Notes: generated from the sequence alone by a model not told the origin. DNA of 63,939 nt, filler included, from Collodictyon triciliatum (GCA_043381765.1; 5 parts of 5 records of this genome joined end to end with filler, not necessarily neighbours in it), one strand, 5' to 3'. Positions 48,257 through 61,032 are shown, counted from the first letter of the whole stretch. Translations and numbers: made by a program.

Positions 48257-49643
48257 GGTCGTTGTCTTTGTTGTCGAACACTCTTCTTTTTTTTCTCCCT
48301 TTTTCTTTCTCTCTCTTTTCTTTCGGTTTGATTCTTGCAGCACTTTGCCTGGACTTCTTTGTCGTAGGAATCGGGAGACGGCTTTTCTTTTCGGGATGGA
48401 AGCAGGTGCTATCTGTGTGGCAACAGGGAATAGAAGCGAGAATGAGCAGGATAGTTAGTGGGTTTTTCCTGTGAAGGTATTTGGGCAACAAAGTACTTTG
48501 TAAGAGCGGATAGTTTGAGAGTTCTTTGAGAGAGTTGCGTAAAGCTTTAGCTAGTGGCAGAGTGGTTGTACGCTTTGTTGGTGTTTGTTTGTGTTTGTGT
48601 TTGTGTTTGTGTGGAAGGCAGAGATAGAGCCACGAGACTAGCAGAAGAGAGAATCTCTCCTCGGTGGTACGTGATTCAGTACCAGCGCTCAGCCTTTACT
48701 CTGGAGTTGTCGATGAAGTCTCCTTTTGTGATGGATGTGGCGATGTTTTTTTTGAAGTCTTCCTTCTTTTTTTTTGTTTGAACATTCTCCCCGATTATTT
48801 TGGTGGCGTAAGCAATCGCGTTTGATAAATACGGTTCTCTTGAACTTGATCCTTTTTCTCTTTTTTTTAATTTGATCAATGCGAGAGATTGCGTTGTTTT
48901 TCGAAAGAAGAAATAACCACGGGTGCGGTTGACTTCGGGCAGAAACGGAGCCGAATATATAGTGCGGGTCGTGAATTGACGAAATTGGATTATGGAAGTT
49001 CTCGTCCTTTTTTTTCTGGTTTGCGCCATTGCCGCCTTTTGCTATTCATCCAACCGTGTTGGTTTGATTCGGGCGCGCCAATGGAAAACAAGTGAATTTG
49101 TTTTTGTATCCGGCGGTTCCTAGCAGACGGGTCCTGCAGATTTCCATTTACAGATTTTGAATCATATATAGATTTTTGTGGTTTTAATAGAGGTCTTTTC
49201 CGTTACTTAATCCTGTTTTGGAAAATAATTTTTCTATATTTGTATTGTGGTCTTATTGTTTGTCCATATTTGTCTTCCCTTGAATGGCTTGTAACGGCCG
49301 CTAGACCACATCACCGGAATTTGAATGTTCAAATGGGCTCATCAAATACCTCATCACTAATTTAATGGAAAATATATGAAATAGTTGTATATAAATCCAT
49401 ATTGCGAAAAAATCCCATAATATACATAATACTATATCACATGAAAATTAGTTTCCACTTTTGATGAGAATGTTGCGTTCGTCTCGTCGGCGTTCGGTTG
49501 TTTGAGACTTTCTTTTGAATAAGCTGTTTTATTCGACAAGACAGATAACAAGACGAGGCGCAGGAGGGAGCAGCGCAGCATCTCCAACGAAAAGGACATG
49601 GCTGGTTGGGAATGTACAATCTAAATACAAGAGACATTTCGGA

Positions 49644-51467
49644 TTATTTCAGGGAGCTTCCGACCCGGAGCTCTGTATTATATGGCTGTAATCCAAGTCG
49701 ACTGCAAACTGAAGGGGATAAAAATACTGGGTTGCTGTCCTATATCGTGCAGTTAGGGTCACATTAAGAACTATCAATCAATATGAAACATTGTGATGTA
49801 TGGAAAATTTATCGATAGGATTTGATTCTTACACTGCACAGCTCGATGACTTTCTTTTCATTTATATTTGGGAGCTTTTCGGTTTGTTTTGACAGCCTCT
49901 CTGAGCAGTTTCTCTTCTGTTTTTGTTTTCCTACGCAAAACCAACAATAGAAAATATTTTATGTAAATATAAACGGCACCTTTCTTTCATTACACTTGAG
50001 TGAATACAATCTCATCAATAAGATCTCTTTTTCTTTGGTATGTATTAAATGAATATAGTACCATTATTCGCCATATTTTCTAGTTGCCGGGAATACGATT
50101 GGAATTGAGGGTCTTTTAATCTTACTGGGGGGTGTCTTTGACTCGCTTTCAAAACCCCGAGTCTCTCTGATGATACCCTTGAAGTATCGTGTTTATCTTG
50201 TATAGGAGATATAGGATTCATCGTGTTTGATGCCACAGTATTAATTGGGGTGACAGTGAGGTCTACATCAGGCTCTTTTATATAAATCCTAGGACGCTCG
50301 TCTTCGTCTTAGGGTTGAGCGAGGAGATTTAATTTATCATAAATAGCAGATATATGATTATAACCAATATGTATTTTTGATAATAAATGTGGGAATTAAC
50401 AAAAAAATAATAATAAATCAAACGGTAGATAGACCTGTTAAGCTATGATCATTATCATTATGGAGGACCGGAGATGGGGACAACGGGGCTGTGGAAGATT
50501 TATTTATTTTTTTTTAAAAAAAATAGAATTAAGTTTTGTGTTTTTCACTTCATCAAAACATGTATTCATAGCTTTGGCTTACAAATCATGCCAATTTTCT
50601 CCTCAGCCTCAATAATTTTGCGATAGTAAGACATTTCAGCATGAAAATCTGAAAAGAACTTAAATTAAGCGATATTGTGAATACTAATTATATCATATAT
50701 ATCTATACTTTGTTTTTATTTCTACAACACCCTAATATTAGACACTTATAATAATTGATGACTGAAAACCTTCGTGATTGTGTAACTTGTGAGTCAAAGG
50801 GGCAGGATGTGACTGTGGATTATGACCGTAATCTGAAATAATATAGATGAGCGTCATTATGAGTCTTCTCAATAAGGATGATGCAAGATCAAATGCATTC
50901 GACGAAATAGAAGGAAAAAAAAAAAAACAACCACCAGGAGTATTCAGATATTATAAAAAGAGGAGGTGATTATAAATAGTTGGTGGAAAGCATAACTTTG
51001 AGCATACTCTTATCATGGCCCATGCACATGTGCAAGTCTGTGGGGTGCTTCTGGGGCCACTCGTGAAGTTTGTTGGCGTGAATCCAGCTTGCCATGATGG
51101 GCTTTGATGATTTATCGAGCACGTAATCCCTTTCAGAGCAATTGCAAAGTTAAATATTTGATTCTCTAAGAATGGAGCCCATTGGTAAAAAAATAAATAA
51201 ATAAAACAAATAAACAAATAAACAAGTAAACAAGTAAACAAATAAACAAATAAACAAATGAATAAATAACACAGAATTCGTTCTTATAGACCGTATTTGT
51301 ATTGACTCTTACGGTGTGTCTTCCAACGCCAGCTTATGAGACTCCTTTCGAGTAAGATAGCGGGCCAGCGAGGACTGTGTGTTCAGCGGGGGAAGTGTGT
51401 TTGGAACGGCCTCAAAGAGCGGGTATTGACAAAACGAGAGAGGATAGTTTTCAGGATCGGAGCTCAT
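49644..51467 (-). CDS. Hypothetical multi-exon protein
   Basis: ATG 51467 (MSSDPENYPLSFCQYPLF...), then phase-consistent GT-AG exons (DYVLDKSSKPIMASWIHANKLHEWP; FHAEMSYYRKIIEAEEK; DEDERPRIYIKEPDV...). Last exon and stop uncertain. Confidence 0.55.
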
Positions 51468-51754
51468 CCCTGCGGCCCAGGCTCGGTACTTGTCTGTGGC
51501 CCTGCAGGTTTCGAGAGTTCATATCGCTGGCATTCTTTGGTGTTTCTTCGCGCGAAGTGTTGTTCTGTTGCTGCAGCCTTTGGCGTTATGTTGAGTGATC
51601 TTCTTTCTGCAAAGCAATATAAAGCGGGATTAAGACATGAAATCATACCATATTTAGTATGATAACTAATATTCTCTTATGGCATGATTACGCTAACACC
51701 CAAAAATGGAGTTCTCTTAAGGGCTTAGAAAAATTATGGTTTATCGCTTGAATC

Positions 51755-51863
<109 letters not shown>

Positions 51864-51921
51864 GAGGCCGAGAAGGACACGCTTCATAATGATTTTTATA
51901 CAATTATTTTTTTATATTTCA

Positions 51922-53990
51922 TTATTTTTGTCTTTTTCGAAACAAAAAGAATATGAAGAAAGCTGGCCGGGGGAATAAAAATGCATGTGCGTGAGTAAAT
52001 CTTCATCATCAACTAAATCTAACCACAAAATGAATCAATTCTTTTTTTAAAATATGAAAAATTGATTTAAATCTTACATATGGGATCCATATTCGATCTG
52101 ATGATGCGCCCTTCTTGATCAAAAAGTGCTGGTGCTAATTGCTTCAATGATTCGAGATAGGTTTTTCGGTGCTCCTCAACAAATTCGAGTCCATTCATCA
52201 TATCGACCATTTCAAGGCCAACCATATCAGCAACCCTAAGTATTCATAATCCCTAGCTGAGTATTACATATTATAAATTCATTCGGTTATTGAATTTCTT
52301 TGGTACGACTTCTATGAGCATCCAAACCCAAATATCTCATCTTACTTGATGAATTCTGCCATATTTACGAAGTAACCGCTATGCGGGTTTGCACCTTCAC
52401 AAGAAAATGAATAATGTGTGCCGAAGGTGCGAAAGTTCTCTGATTGAATCTCGAGTTTACATTGTTTCCCCTTGATTTTTCACCATTTATAGCAAATCAA
52501 GCAATACAAGTTTAGACATGTAAGCACAAATATGAATTATTCTCAATATATTAGTTTGATTTAGTTTAAAACAATTATAGTGTTGAAAATTAAGGTAATT
52601 TAACCTACGTGGATGACTATAGATTGATTTCCGTAGGTATCGGTTCGAATTGCTTCGTTTTGGGCTTTGGACCTTGAATAAATAAGAGTGTGAATGCGAT
52701 TTTACTATTTAGAGTATGTGCGACTAATTTTTGAATAATTTCATCTTTCGTTTAAAGTCACTTTAATATCGTTGGAAAAAAGATATTGAATAATATTTTT
52801 ATTTAAAAAAAAACCATGCGACAGAAGAGTCGAGCATAATGCCATAGAAAAGACCCGATGGCCTTTTTAAAGTCAAGCAATATTTAATTTTTGCATACTG
52901 TTAAATTTTAATGATATCTATAAATTGAATATAATAAAACAATGTGGATAGATAATATTAATATATAGCAACGAAATAAAAATGTAAGTAATGCTGAAAC
53001 GACTATATACTCAAGTGTGAACTATGAATAACTCGCTTTCTCAGATACTGGGTAATCTTATAAATTAGGGGACTATATTACTTCAACATCGAGGACGCAT
53101 TTTCTAATAGCACATGGAGGGCATTTTCTGTTGAAGCTGCCAGATTGATGCCTCCGTGGCAACGAACAATATCAAAAACTGGAGTGACATGTTCCAGATG
53201 CATTTGAACCTCCAGAAAATGATTCACAATCGACTTTGGCTACAAGTGGACAAAAAAATAGTTTTACATGCAGGTTTTCTGTGTATGATTACCATGCTTT
53301 GAAAAACAAGCAAATATCTAATAAAACCAACCCTATCTACTTCGAGTCTAATAAACTCAACCGGAATAGGGAATGAGGGGACCTGCTCCAGTCGACTTTT
53401 GCAAAAAGTAAGATAATCTGGCGAATTATCTACAATACGAACCATCCATGAGATTAAAATGCACAAAATACTAAATGACAGAAACCAAACGAGTTGTTCA
53501 TATGGTTTGGCATGCTAATAGCAAGATAAATAGCGGAAAAAGAGAGTGAGAGAAAAAGAAACCATTTATGGATGGCTATAATGTATATACGGACGAGTAC
53601 ACGAAAATAAAACTTTATTTCCTGCTTTCTACAGCCTAGCACAGAGAGAGAGAATAGAAAATAGGCAAACAAAACTATATCTTGAAATAAAGCGGCTACG
53701 AAAGTGTCAAGGCACTAGATACACAAAAGGCTGTCCCAATTATAATGATCATGTGGAAACAAATAACAAAGAACTATACAGCTGTCCCAGTCCATACCAA
53801 TTATTGTGAGCCTGCCTATCCTCGTGTTCTTGTACCGACTGAAGTCTACGTTGCCACTGAGAGATGCCGAGCCACTCAGCAAATCGGCAACGTGGAGGCC
53901 ACTTTTGCAAAGTATCGACATGAGCGTCACCTTTCCCCAAACTTCGACCTGACACGCCGCACTGACTTTCGGCTGCCGTGCGCTGCTCAT
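51922..53990 (-). CDS. mRNA cap guanine-N7 methyltransferase-like protein (RNMT/ABD1 family, divergent paralogue), 8 exons
   Basis: Spliced: WGKVTLMSILCKSGLHVADLLSG...IGRLTIID; FDIVRCHGGINLAASTENALHVLLENASSMLK|PSGLFYGIMLDSSVAW; FRTFGTHYSFSCEG...YFVNMAEFIK|VADMVGLEMVDMMNGLEF; SFFIFFLFRKRQK*. Motif order follows RNMT. Confidence 0.72.
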
Positions 53991-54163
53991 TTCTGGCTTT
54001 TTTTTTTTTTATTACTTTATGTTATTGAACATTCTTTTTTTTTTAAGCCTTCTTTCTTTATACTTATTCCTCCCATGCCTTTGTTTTTTTTTTCTTGCTC
54101 TGGCTGCCGTGACTCCTGAACACAGCACGCTTTAAACTGATCGAAACAGTTTGCAGTTCTAAA

Positions 54164-55860
54164 TTACTTTGAATAAACTCCGTGTAGCCGAAGGCGAAGC
54201 CACGCTACAATCACGGCAACGATGGCGATGACTGCGGCAATCTTAATCATGTTATACGGGCAACTAGCAGACCTCTCGCCAAGGGATGGCTTGACATTAC
54301 CAGCTGTGATATGTAGTCTATAAACATCAACATCAAAACTACCAGAACCTTTCTTTTTATGTGCCTCTTATGCCAAATACACGCCCCTTTTTTTTAATCC
54401 TACATGAGTCATGAGAAGACGCGAATTCCATGTGTGGTGGATTCTGAAACGAAACAAAAAATAATATATATTTAATCGAATGATTAACATGCTCTTCATG
54501 GTCTTTCTGCACATGAGGTCGCACGAAGTATATGTGCCTCACTAGATGAAAACAGTCTTTTGTGCTCAATGCAAAAGTTCTATCACCTTTCAACTATTTA
54601 CTTATATGCGCAATCACTGAAGGAATATAACGCCCGCGTTGCTTCTTTGTATATATTTCACTTTTGCCTGGTCAGAGGTTGTCCGACTTTTTGTTCTGCT
54701 TGTGGTATCCAATGACTTGATTTTGCAATGCATCCAGCTTGAGCACTAGATTCAGTGAGTTGTGTAGATTGGATTTCAGAGTATAATCCCTCTCTCACAA
54801 TCAGATGCCCAGAATAGCGCGCATTGGAAGCTCGCAGAGTGCAAATTGGACTTGGACTCCACATCGCACAATGATGGAATGTAAACAAAGTCGAAATAAT
54901 CGAAGCAGCAGATATCAAAAAAATGTGTGTTTTTTTTTTGTTTGAACCCTCGTCTGCAAAAACTATTCAAATGTTTGTAAGCTTCAATTCACTCAACTGT
55001 CTGTATATATCTGACACATCAAATCCACTCCGCATTTTAATGAATATAATGAAGATGAATCCCTAGAACAGCAATAAAATTCTGATGAGCCAACACCCGT
55101 TTATCATCATTTACGTTTATCCTCGAAGGATTAGGTATATTCACACTATTTTGCGCGCACCAGGGGGGCTGGGTACAAAAATTATAAATCAACCACCTTT
55201 CCCCCACAAATAATCACTTTCTTTACACATCTTTTGAACTTAAAAACACACCTATCTAACTTAATGAACAAATGTGCCAACATCTTCACCATCCTGCACA
55301 AAATTGAAAGGAAGAATAAAAAAAAAACTTAATGAACAAATGTACGGTTTTGTTGCGCAAATACATTCTTTGGATTCATTATCACCCAAAAAAATTTAAA
55401 TCAAATGATACGTTTACAATTATAAATCTATTCTTTTTTAAACAAAAGACCATCCTTCAATCGCCTTCATAATATAAGAGAAAAACACATAATCAGAGTT
55501 TAACAAAACATAGCTCCCAGTACTTTGAAAGGATGAAAATTACTGTACCAAAAGATTATATCTGGCAAAACCACAGGATACGGCGAAAATGGTGGTTTTC
55601 GAGAAATTAGCAACAATATGCTGCTGTGCGCTAGATACTATTTCTTGATAAAATGGCAGACAGGATGGAAGACTTTATATGATTTGAAATAGAGACAACT
55701 TGTGGTCAGCGAAAAATACGAAGTAGGTTAACATATATAAAAGGAAAAGGACCTTGTTGGCATCCGTGACTCATAATTTCCTTCGCGCAGGCACCGTTTG
55801 CCAAGTGATGAGTAGAATTCAGGAGAAATTCCAAGCATATTTTCCAAGCAAAATGATTTC
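54164..55860 (-). CDS. Probable multi-exon gene ending in a C-terminal transmembrane helix; upstream exons poorly resolved
   Basis: Last exons NPPHMEFASSHDS|SGNVKPSLGERSASCPYNMIKIAAVIAIVAVIVAWLRLRLHGVYSK* with canonical splice sites; 5' structure ambiguous. Confidence 0.35.
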
Positions 55861-56225
55861 CTAGATGGTGTTTTTCCTTTCGTTCTGGTCAAAAGATGAA
55901 ACTGCAAAGGAAGAAGCAACATACACAGTCATTTGCAATGTCGCTACGATTAATCGCACATAACATCATTTCCGACCTCAAGGGATTCGACACTTGCGCG
56001 CCGGAGGGGTTGAGACAAGTAAACTAGGACAAGGATGCTTTTGAGAAGAGGAAGCTAGTCTATATGTCGGTGTATAACCCGTCCGCCTATCACGTACGTA
56101 CAGAAAGTATCATGCAGAAATCGATATGGAGCATCAAACGTCGAGCGGATGCAAAATAATAGAAAACAAACGAGAGGTGAAAATGATGAAAATTAATACT
56201 ATAGTTTTCCAACCCCATCAAGTAG

Positions 56226-56297
56226 TCCGTTATGGTGTAGTCGGTAGCACGTATGGCTCTCACCCATACAACCCGGGTTCGATTCCCGGTAACGGAA
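56226..56297 (+). tRNA. tRNA-Glu (anticodon CTC)
   Basis: Acceptor stem TCCGTTA/TAACGGA + discriminator A; A-box TGGTGTAGTCGG; anticodon arm TATGG-CTCTCAC-CCATA; T-arm CCGGG-TTCGATT-CCCGG; followed by a TTTTT Pol III terminator. Confidence 0.96.
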
Positions 56298-57311
56298 TTT
56301 TTGCACCGTTTTTCTCTTCCCCGATTCCTTATCGTCTATTTTTTTTTTGGTTTTTTTTTGGTGTTGCCCATACCTGGTGCGTTGCCTTTGGCGGTAGATA
56401 CAAGGCGCGTGGACCCGACTATGACAACACCATTTCGGATGCTTAGATGCAAGGGCATGCGCTTGTTGTCATCGAATGACTCTTTTACTGCACCTTTGAC
56501 CTTATTCATTTCATTTCTTTTTCCCGTTCATTTTTTCTTTTCCTTTTCCTTTTCTCCTTTTTTCATTCGCCCGTTTCTTTTTTCTTTTTCTTTCTGTTTT
56601 TCTCTTCGGTCTCATCCAGCCTGTAAATGGATAAGCTTCATTGCTAAGGTTGTGACGAACTTGGTTTTATCCCTTTCAAGGCACAACACTTTTTATACAG
56701 CGAATGTGTACCTATATGTAGCAATTTATCGCACAGGCAACCACTGAATTAAATCTGGATTGACAAGAGCAGGAGCTTTGATGAATCCTAGAAACAACCT
56801 GAATAATACAATAGTATAATTAGTATATACAATAAGATTAAAAAATACTTAATATTAAGTATATATTGATGTCAATTTATATTTATTTTCTATTTATGTA
56901 ACAATTTTCATTAAAATCCAAAAATTACAAACAAGTCCTTGCCTTGGCTCAGACAGAACCCACCCCGTAAACCTGCCACCAAACATGCATTTCAAAGAAG
57001 TATACTATCCACACTTAGGGCGATAATCATGTTGTTTGAGGCTGATATGTTGACTTTCAATCGCAATGGCTACACGGCCGTCCTTTCGAACTCGCCGAAT
57101 CGGCTCTCAGCGTTTTGTCTCGAATCACTTATAAATTTTTTGTGTGTTTGTTTGCCACAATGCGCACATTTTGAGAGTCTCAGTAGATGCTTCATTTTAC
57201 ATAAATTGATTTTGTGCAGTTGTCATTATTAAATTGACTGATTGACTAAAGTTTTATTAAAATTGAAAGCTCAGTAGTTCTCTAAAGGAAAAGTAAAACA
57301 AAGACTTTCGC

Positions 57312-59155
57312 ATGAAGAAAAGAAAGCTTCTTGAGTCTGAGAATCTAAAGTCTGTAAAGCCAGACTATCGAAATGTGAAAACATCTCTAAAGTCGATTGT
57401 AAAGAATGCGGATGACTATTAAAAAAAAAATAAACAGTGCGATTTTATTGTGTCATAATTTGGTTACCAACACTTATCTGTTTGCAAGACGTTATATATT
57501 GAAATCACAACTAGTCCCAACAATCGATGAAATATGTTTTTTTGTTCACTTTAAAGACAGTCGGAGTAGTTTTACAAGATAGACCGGCAAGATTAAAAAT
57601 TACCAGATATGAGATATGGCATGATGACTTTTTATCTCTATGATTTCCGATTCCTTTTGTCCCGAGAAGAACGCTTTCCGTTTGTTGGATTGTCTCATGT
57701 ATTACCGTACTTGGCGGAGCAAATGTTAACAGCTTATCATAATAACATTAAGGAGCATTTTGTAAAGAGGTTACTGCGCTTTATAAATCAAACAGTCCCT
57801 AAAGATGAGAATATGACGAAACCTATTAAAAAAAAAAAGCAAAGTTACGAAAGTTAAAAAAAAGCCATCTTCAAGAAACTCGAAATACCAACAATACAAA
57901 GAATGGGCTAAAATACATTTGCATCATATGATTACCAGCGGCATTGTAAATGGTATCAAATATATCGTCAAAGTCAATCCAAATAAGTACATTCCATTTC
58001 TGATTTACATGAATCTCATTTTTGAGGACATTGGAACCAAACTGTTTCAACCAATCTCCAGAAGAACTACCAATATATCACGTCATATTACTCTAGCTAC
58101 TGCATTTTGATATATCTATTAGTATTATCTGTAAAAAATATCATTATTGAAGAATATATCAGGATGCAAAGAGACACTATGGGATAAGTTCTTTGAAATG
58201 AAGAAGAGGGTCTTTCATCAAAGAGACTAAAATTTCAAATATATGATACAAACAGACGGCTTGGTGGTGCTATTATTGTTTGAAAAAAAGTATTTCAAAT
58301 TCAAGATTCAAATATAATAAAAACCAAGAATATGTTTGTATAGATGAACTTTCCGTAGAGCAGTTATCATTATTAGCGACAAAAAAAATAGTTGGAGTGG
58401 ACGCAGGCAAGTTTAACTTGGTTTAGATGGCGGATGAGGCAGGTAAGAAATTACGTTACACGGCACACCAAACAAGACATGATAGCAAATATCTTAATCA
58501 CAAAATACTCTTGCGAGAGAAAAAAAGAAAAGAAAAAGGACGATGCTTCAGGGATATATGCATGGCAACATATCTACAAAGTGCTGTTTCTTTTGGTCAC
58601 ATGACTTTTGAAGAGAATCAGCAGTTTGAGACATCAAGAGCATCTTTAATCAATTTAGAGACAGAACTGAGTAAACATAATTCATGCACGGTTGATTATG
58701 AAAAATTTCTAGAATATGTATCTATGAAATCAAGATACCAGATATAATCATTCAGATTTTATGAACAAGTAACTTTTCGAAAGATGAGATGAAGACAGTA
58801 TGTTAATGCAAAAAGAAGTGAACAATTGTTAATGGACCGAATCGAAAAGACATCTGGCAAGGGTGTTGTAATGGCGTATGGAGACAGGAGCAGAAAATAT
58901 CCAATGAAACATTTTATGCAAACAATCGGAAGAGGATTACGAAAAATACTATCCAAACGTTTTGAAACAGTTAGTGCAGATGAATTTAGAACATCCAAGA
59001 TGTGTTGTAACTTCGAAAAAGAACTGGAATATATGAAACTGAGAGGAAATTCAATAAAGTTGTATAGATGTCTCATTTGTAAAGAATGCATATGTATATG
59101 TATCACCTTTTTAATTTTTTTTATTTCCAAACCTATTTCTTCCAATATTTTCTGA
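57312..59155 (+). pseudogene. Decayed Fanzor1 (eukaryotic TnpB-like RNA-guided RuvC nuclease), transposon/giant-virus type
   Basis: Across stops and frameshifts: YRNVKTSLKSIVK; HNLVTNTYLFAR; LPYLAEQMLTAYHNNIKEHFVKRLLRFIN; KLFQPISRRTT...HITL; YMIQTDGLVVLLLF; RuvC-I IVGVDAGK (Asp 58400-58402); LRYTAHQ; ETELSKHNSCTVDYEKF; FRKMR*RQY; MAYGDRS...MKHFMQT..RGLRK; RuvC-II ADEFRTSKMCC (Glu 58982-58984); Zn finger CLICKEC. No introns through the body. Confidence 0.88.
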
Positions 59156-59674
59156 CTTTTCATATTTGCGCTCGCCGGCCCGAACGAGAAATCAATGTAT
59201 CCAGGTTTGAGAGCCTCGTGCAATACGGCTTCCTGAACAGCCTGCTGAATCACGCTCGCATTCTTCGCTATTCTGACCGCAAGCGAAGAGAGATGTGGGA
59301 ATGTGTCGTGCGATATCTCCCACAGCATATCCAACCCCTGCTACCCACGCAACCAATCAACCAGTTGGGTCGCCCACCTGACCAACTCGCTATCACTGAT
59401 TTCTTGCCAGTGCTAGCACCTCCACGGTAGTGTCTTTCCCTACTCGCGTCTGCTCTCTATCATGCGCTCCCATCCCGCCCCTTTGTATGGCGTAACCTCG
59501 CTACACTTTGAATCGAATAAAGGAAAATTTTTTTTTTGCGCTCGCCGAATTCATGATTTCCAGCCACCACCCTCCCACACCCACCATTCCAACAGCAGTC
59601 GTCTATCAGCCAATATACTAGGAGAGGCGCAGATGGGGCCGATTTACCCATGCACAAAATCAACGTGGGCAAAC

Positions 59675-60050
<376 letters not shown>

Positions 60051-60721
60051 AGATGCATAGACGCACTATCTATTTGTAGAATAAAATCGATCATAGACTA
60101 CCTAATCACGAGTTGTTATACAACCTCTGAAAGTTCTCTTCTATATCCGACTGAAATATCGAGAGATATAATCGACCAGTAAGGGATACTCCCTACAGAA
60201 CACAGCAAATCATACAATCTGGACTCCCAAACATGGAGCAGAGTGGGAGCGGGGCTTTGACCTCAACGCAACACACTGCTCACACAGGAAGAGATTCTAC
60301 TACGAACCAGTCGCACGAATGAGTCTCCAAACTCCAAAGCTGGGCTGGCGTCATCAGACTCTGCCGAGGGACCTCGCCCAGAAACGACGGCTGCTTCTCC
60401 CGAATACACCCACATCCAAAGGGCGAAGAGCTCCTCTCACATATATCCTACGCAATCGCGATACTACTCGAGGTATACACACCTACTATCATGAAGGTTG
60501 TCTGCTTTTTGACACGTATATGTTTATTTTCATCCATTTTTTCTATAATTTTTAAACCTCTACCCTGTCCATATATCCCATAAATGCTTCAGAAAATAAC
60601 AGGAGTGTTTACTCTTTCCCTCGAGAAAAAAAAGAATGTTAAAAACAAAAACAAAAAACAAAAAACAAAAACAAAAACAAAAAACAAAAAACAAAAAACA
60701 AAAAACAAAAAACAAAAAACA

Positions 60722-60821
60722 NNNNNNNNNNNNNNNNNNNNNNNNNNNNNNNNNNNNNNNNNNNNTTAATTAATTAANNNNNNNNNNNNNNNNNNNNNNN
60801 NNNNNNNNNNNNNNNNNNNNN
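60722..60821. other. Artificial scaffold linker
   Basis: 44N-TTAATTAATTAA-44N. Confidence 0.97.
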
Positions 60822-60926
60822 AACCAGGTGACATCGGAACTGAAGGAACAATAACGCGCATGAGTGAACGAAGAAGCCAGTGGGAGTGGAGTGAAGGAGG
60901 TTTTATTTCTACTTTTACCTTTCCCC

Positions 60927-61032
<106 letters not shown>

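Noticed and set aside
57075-57115. Hammerhead-like motif on the minus strand (CTGAGA-GCCG att CGGC-GAG)
   Set aside because: The core lacks the CUGANGA spacing and GAAA, and I find no stems I and III.
58322-59155. Stop-codon reassignment explaining the Fanzor in-frame stops
   Set aside because: All three stop types occur along with frameshifts, and host genes end in TAA, TAG and TGA with long stop-free exons, so this is decay under the standard code.
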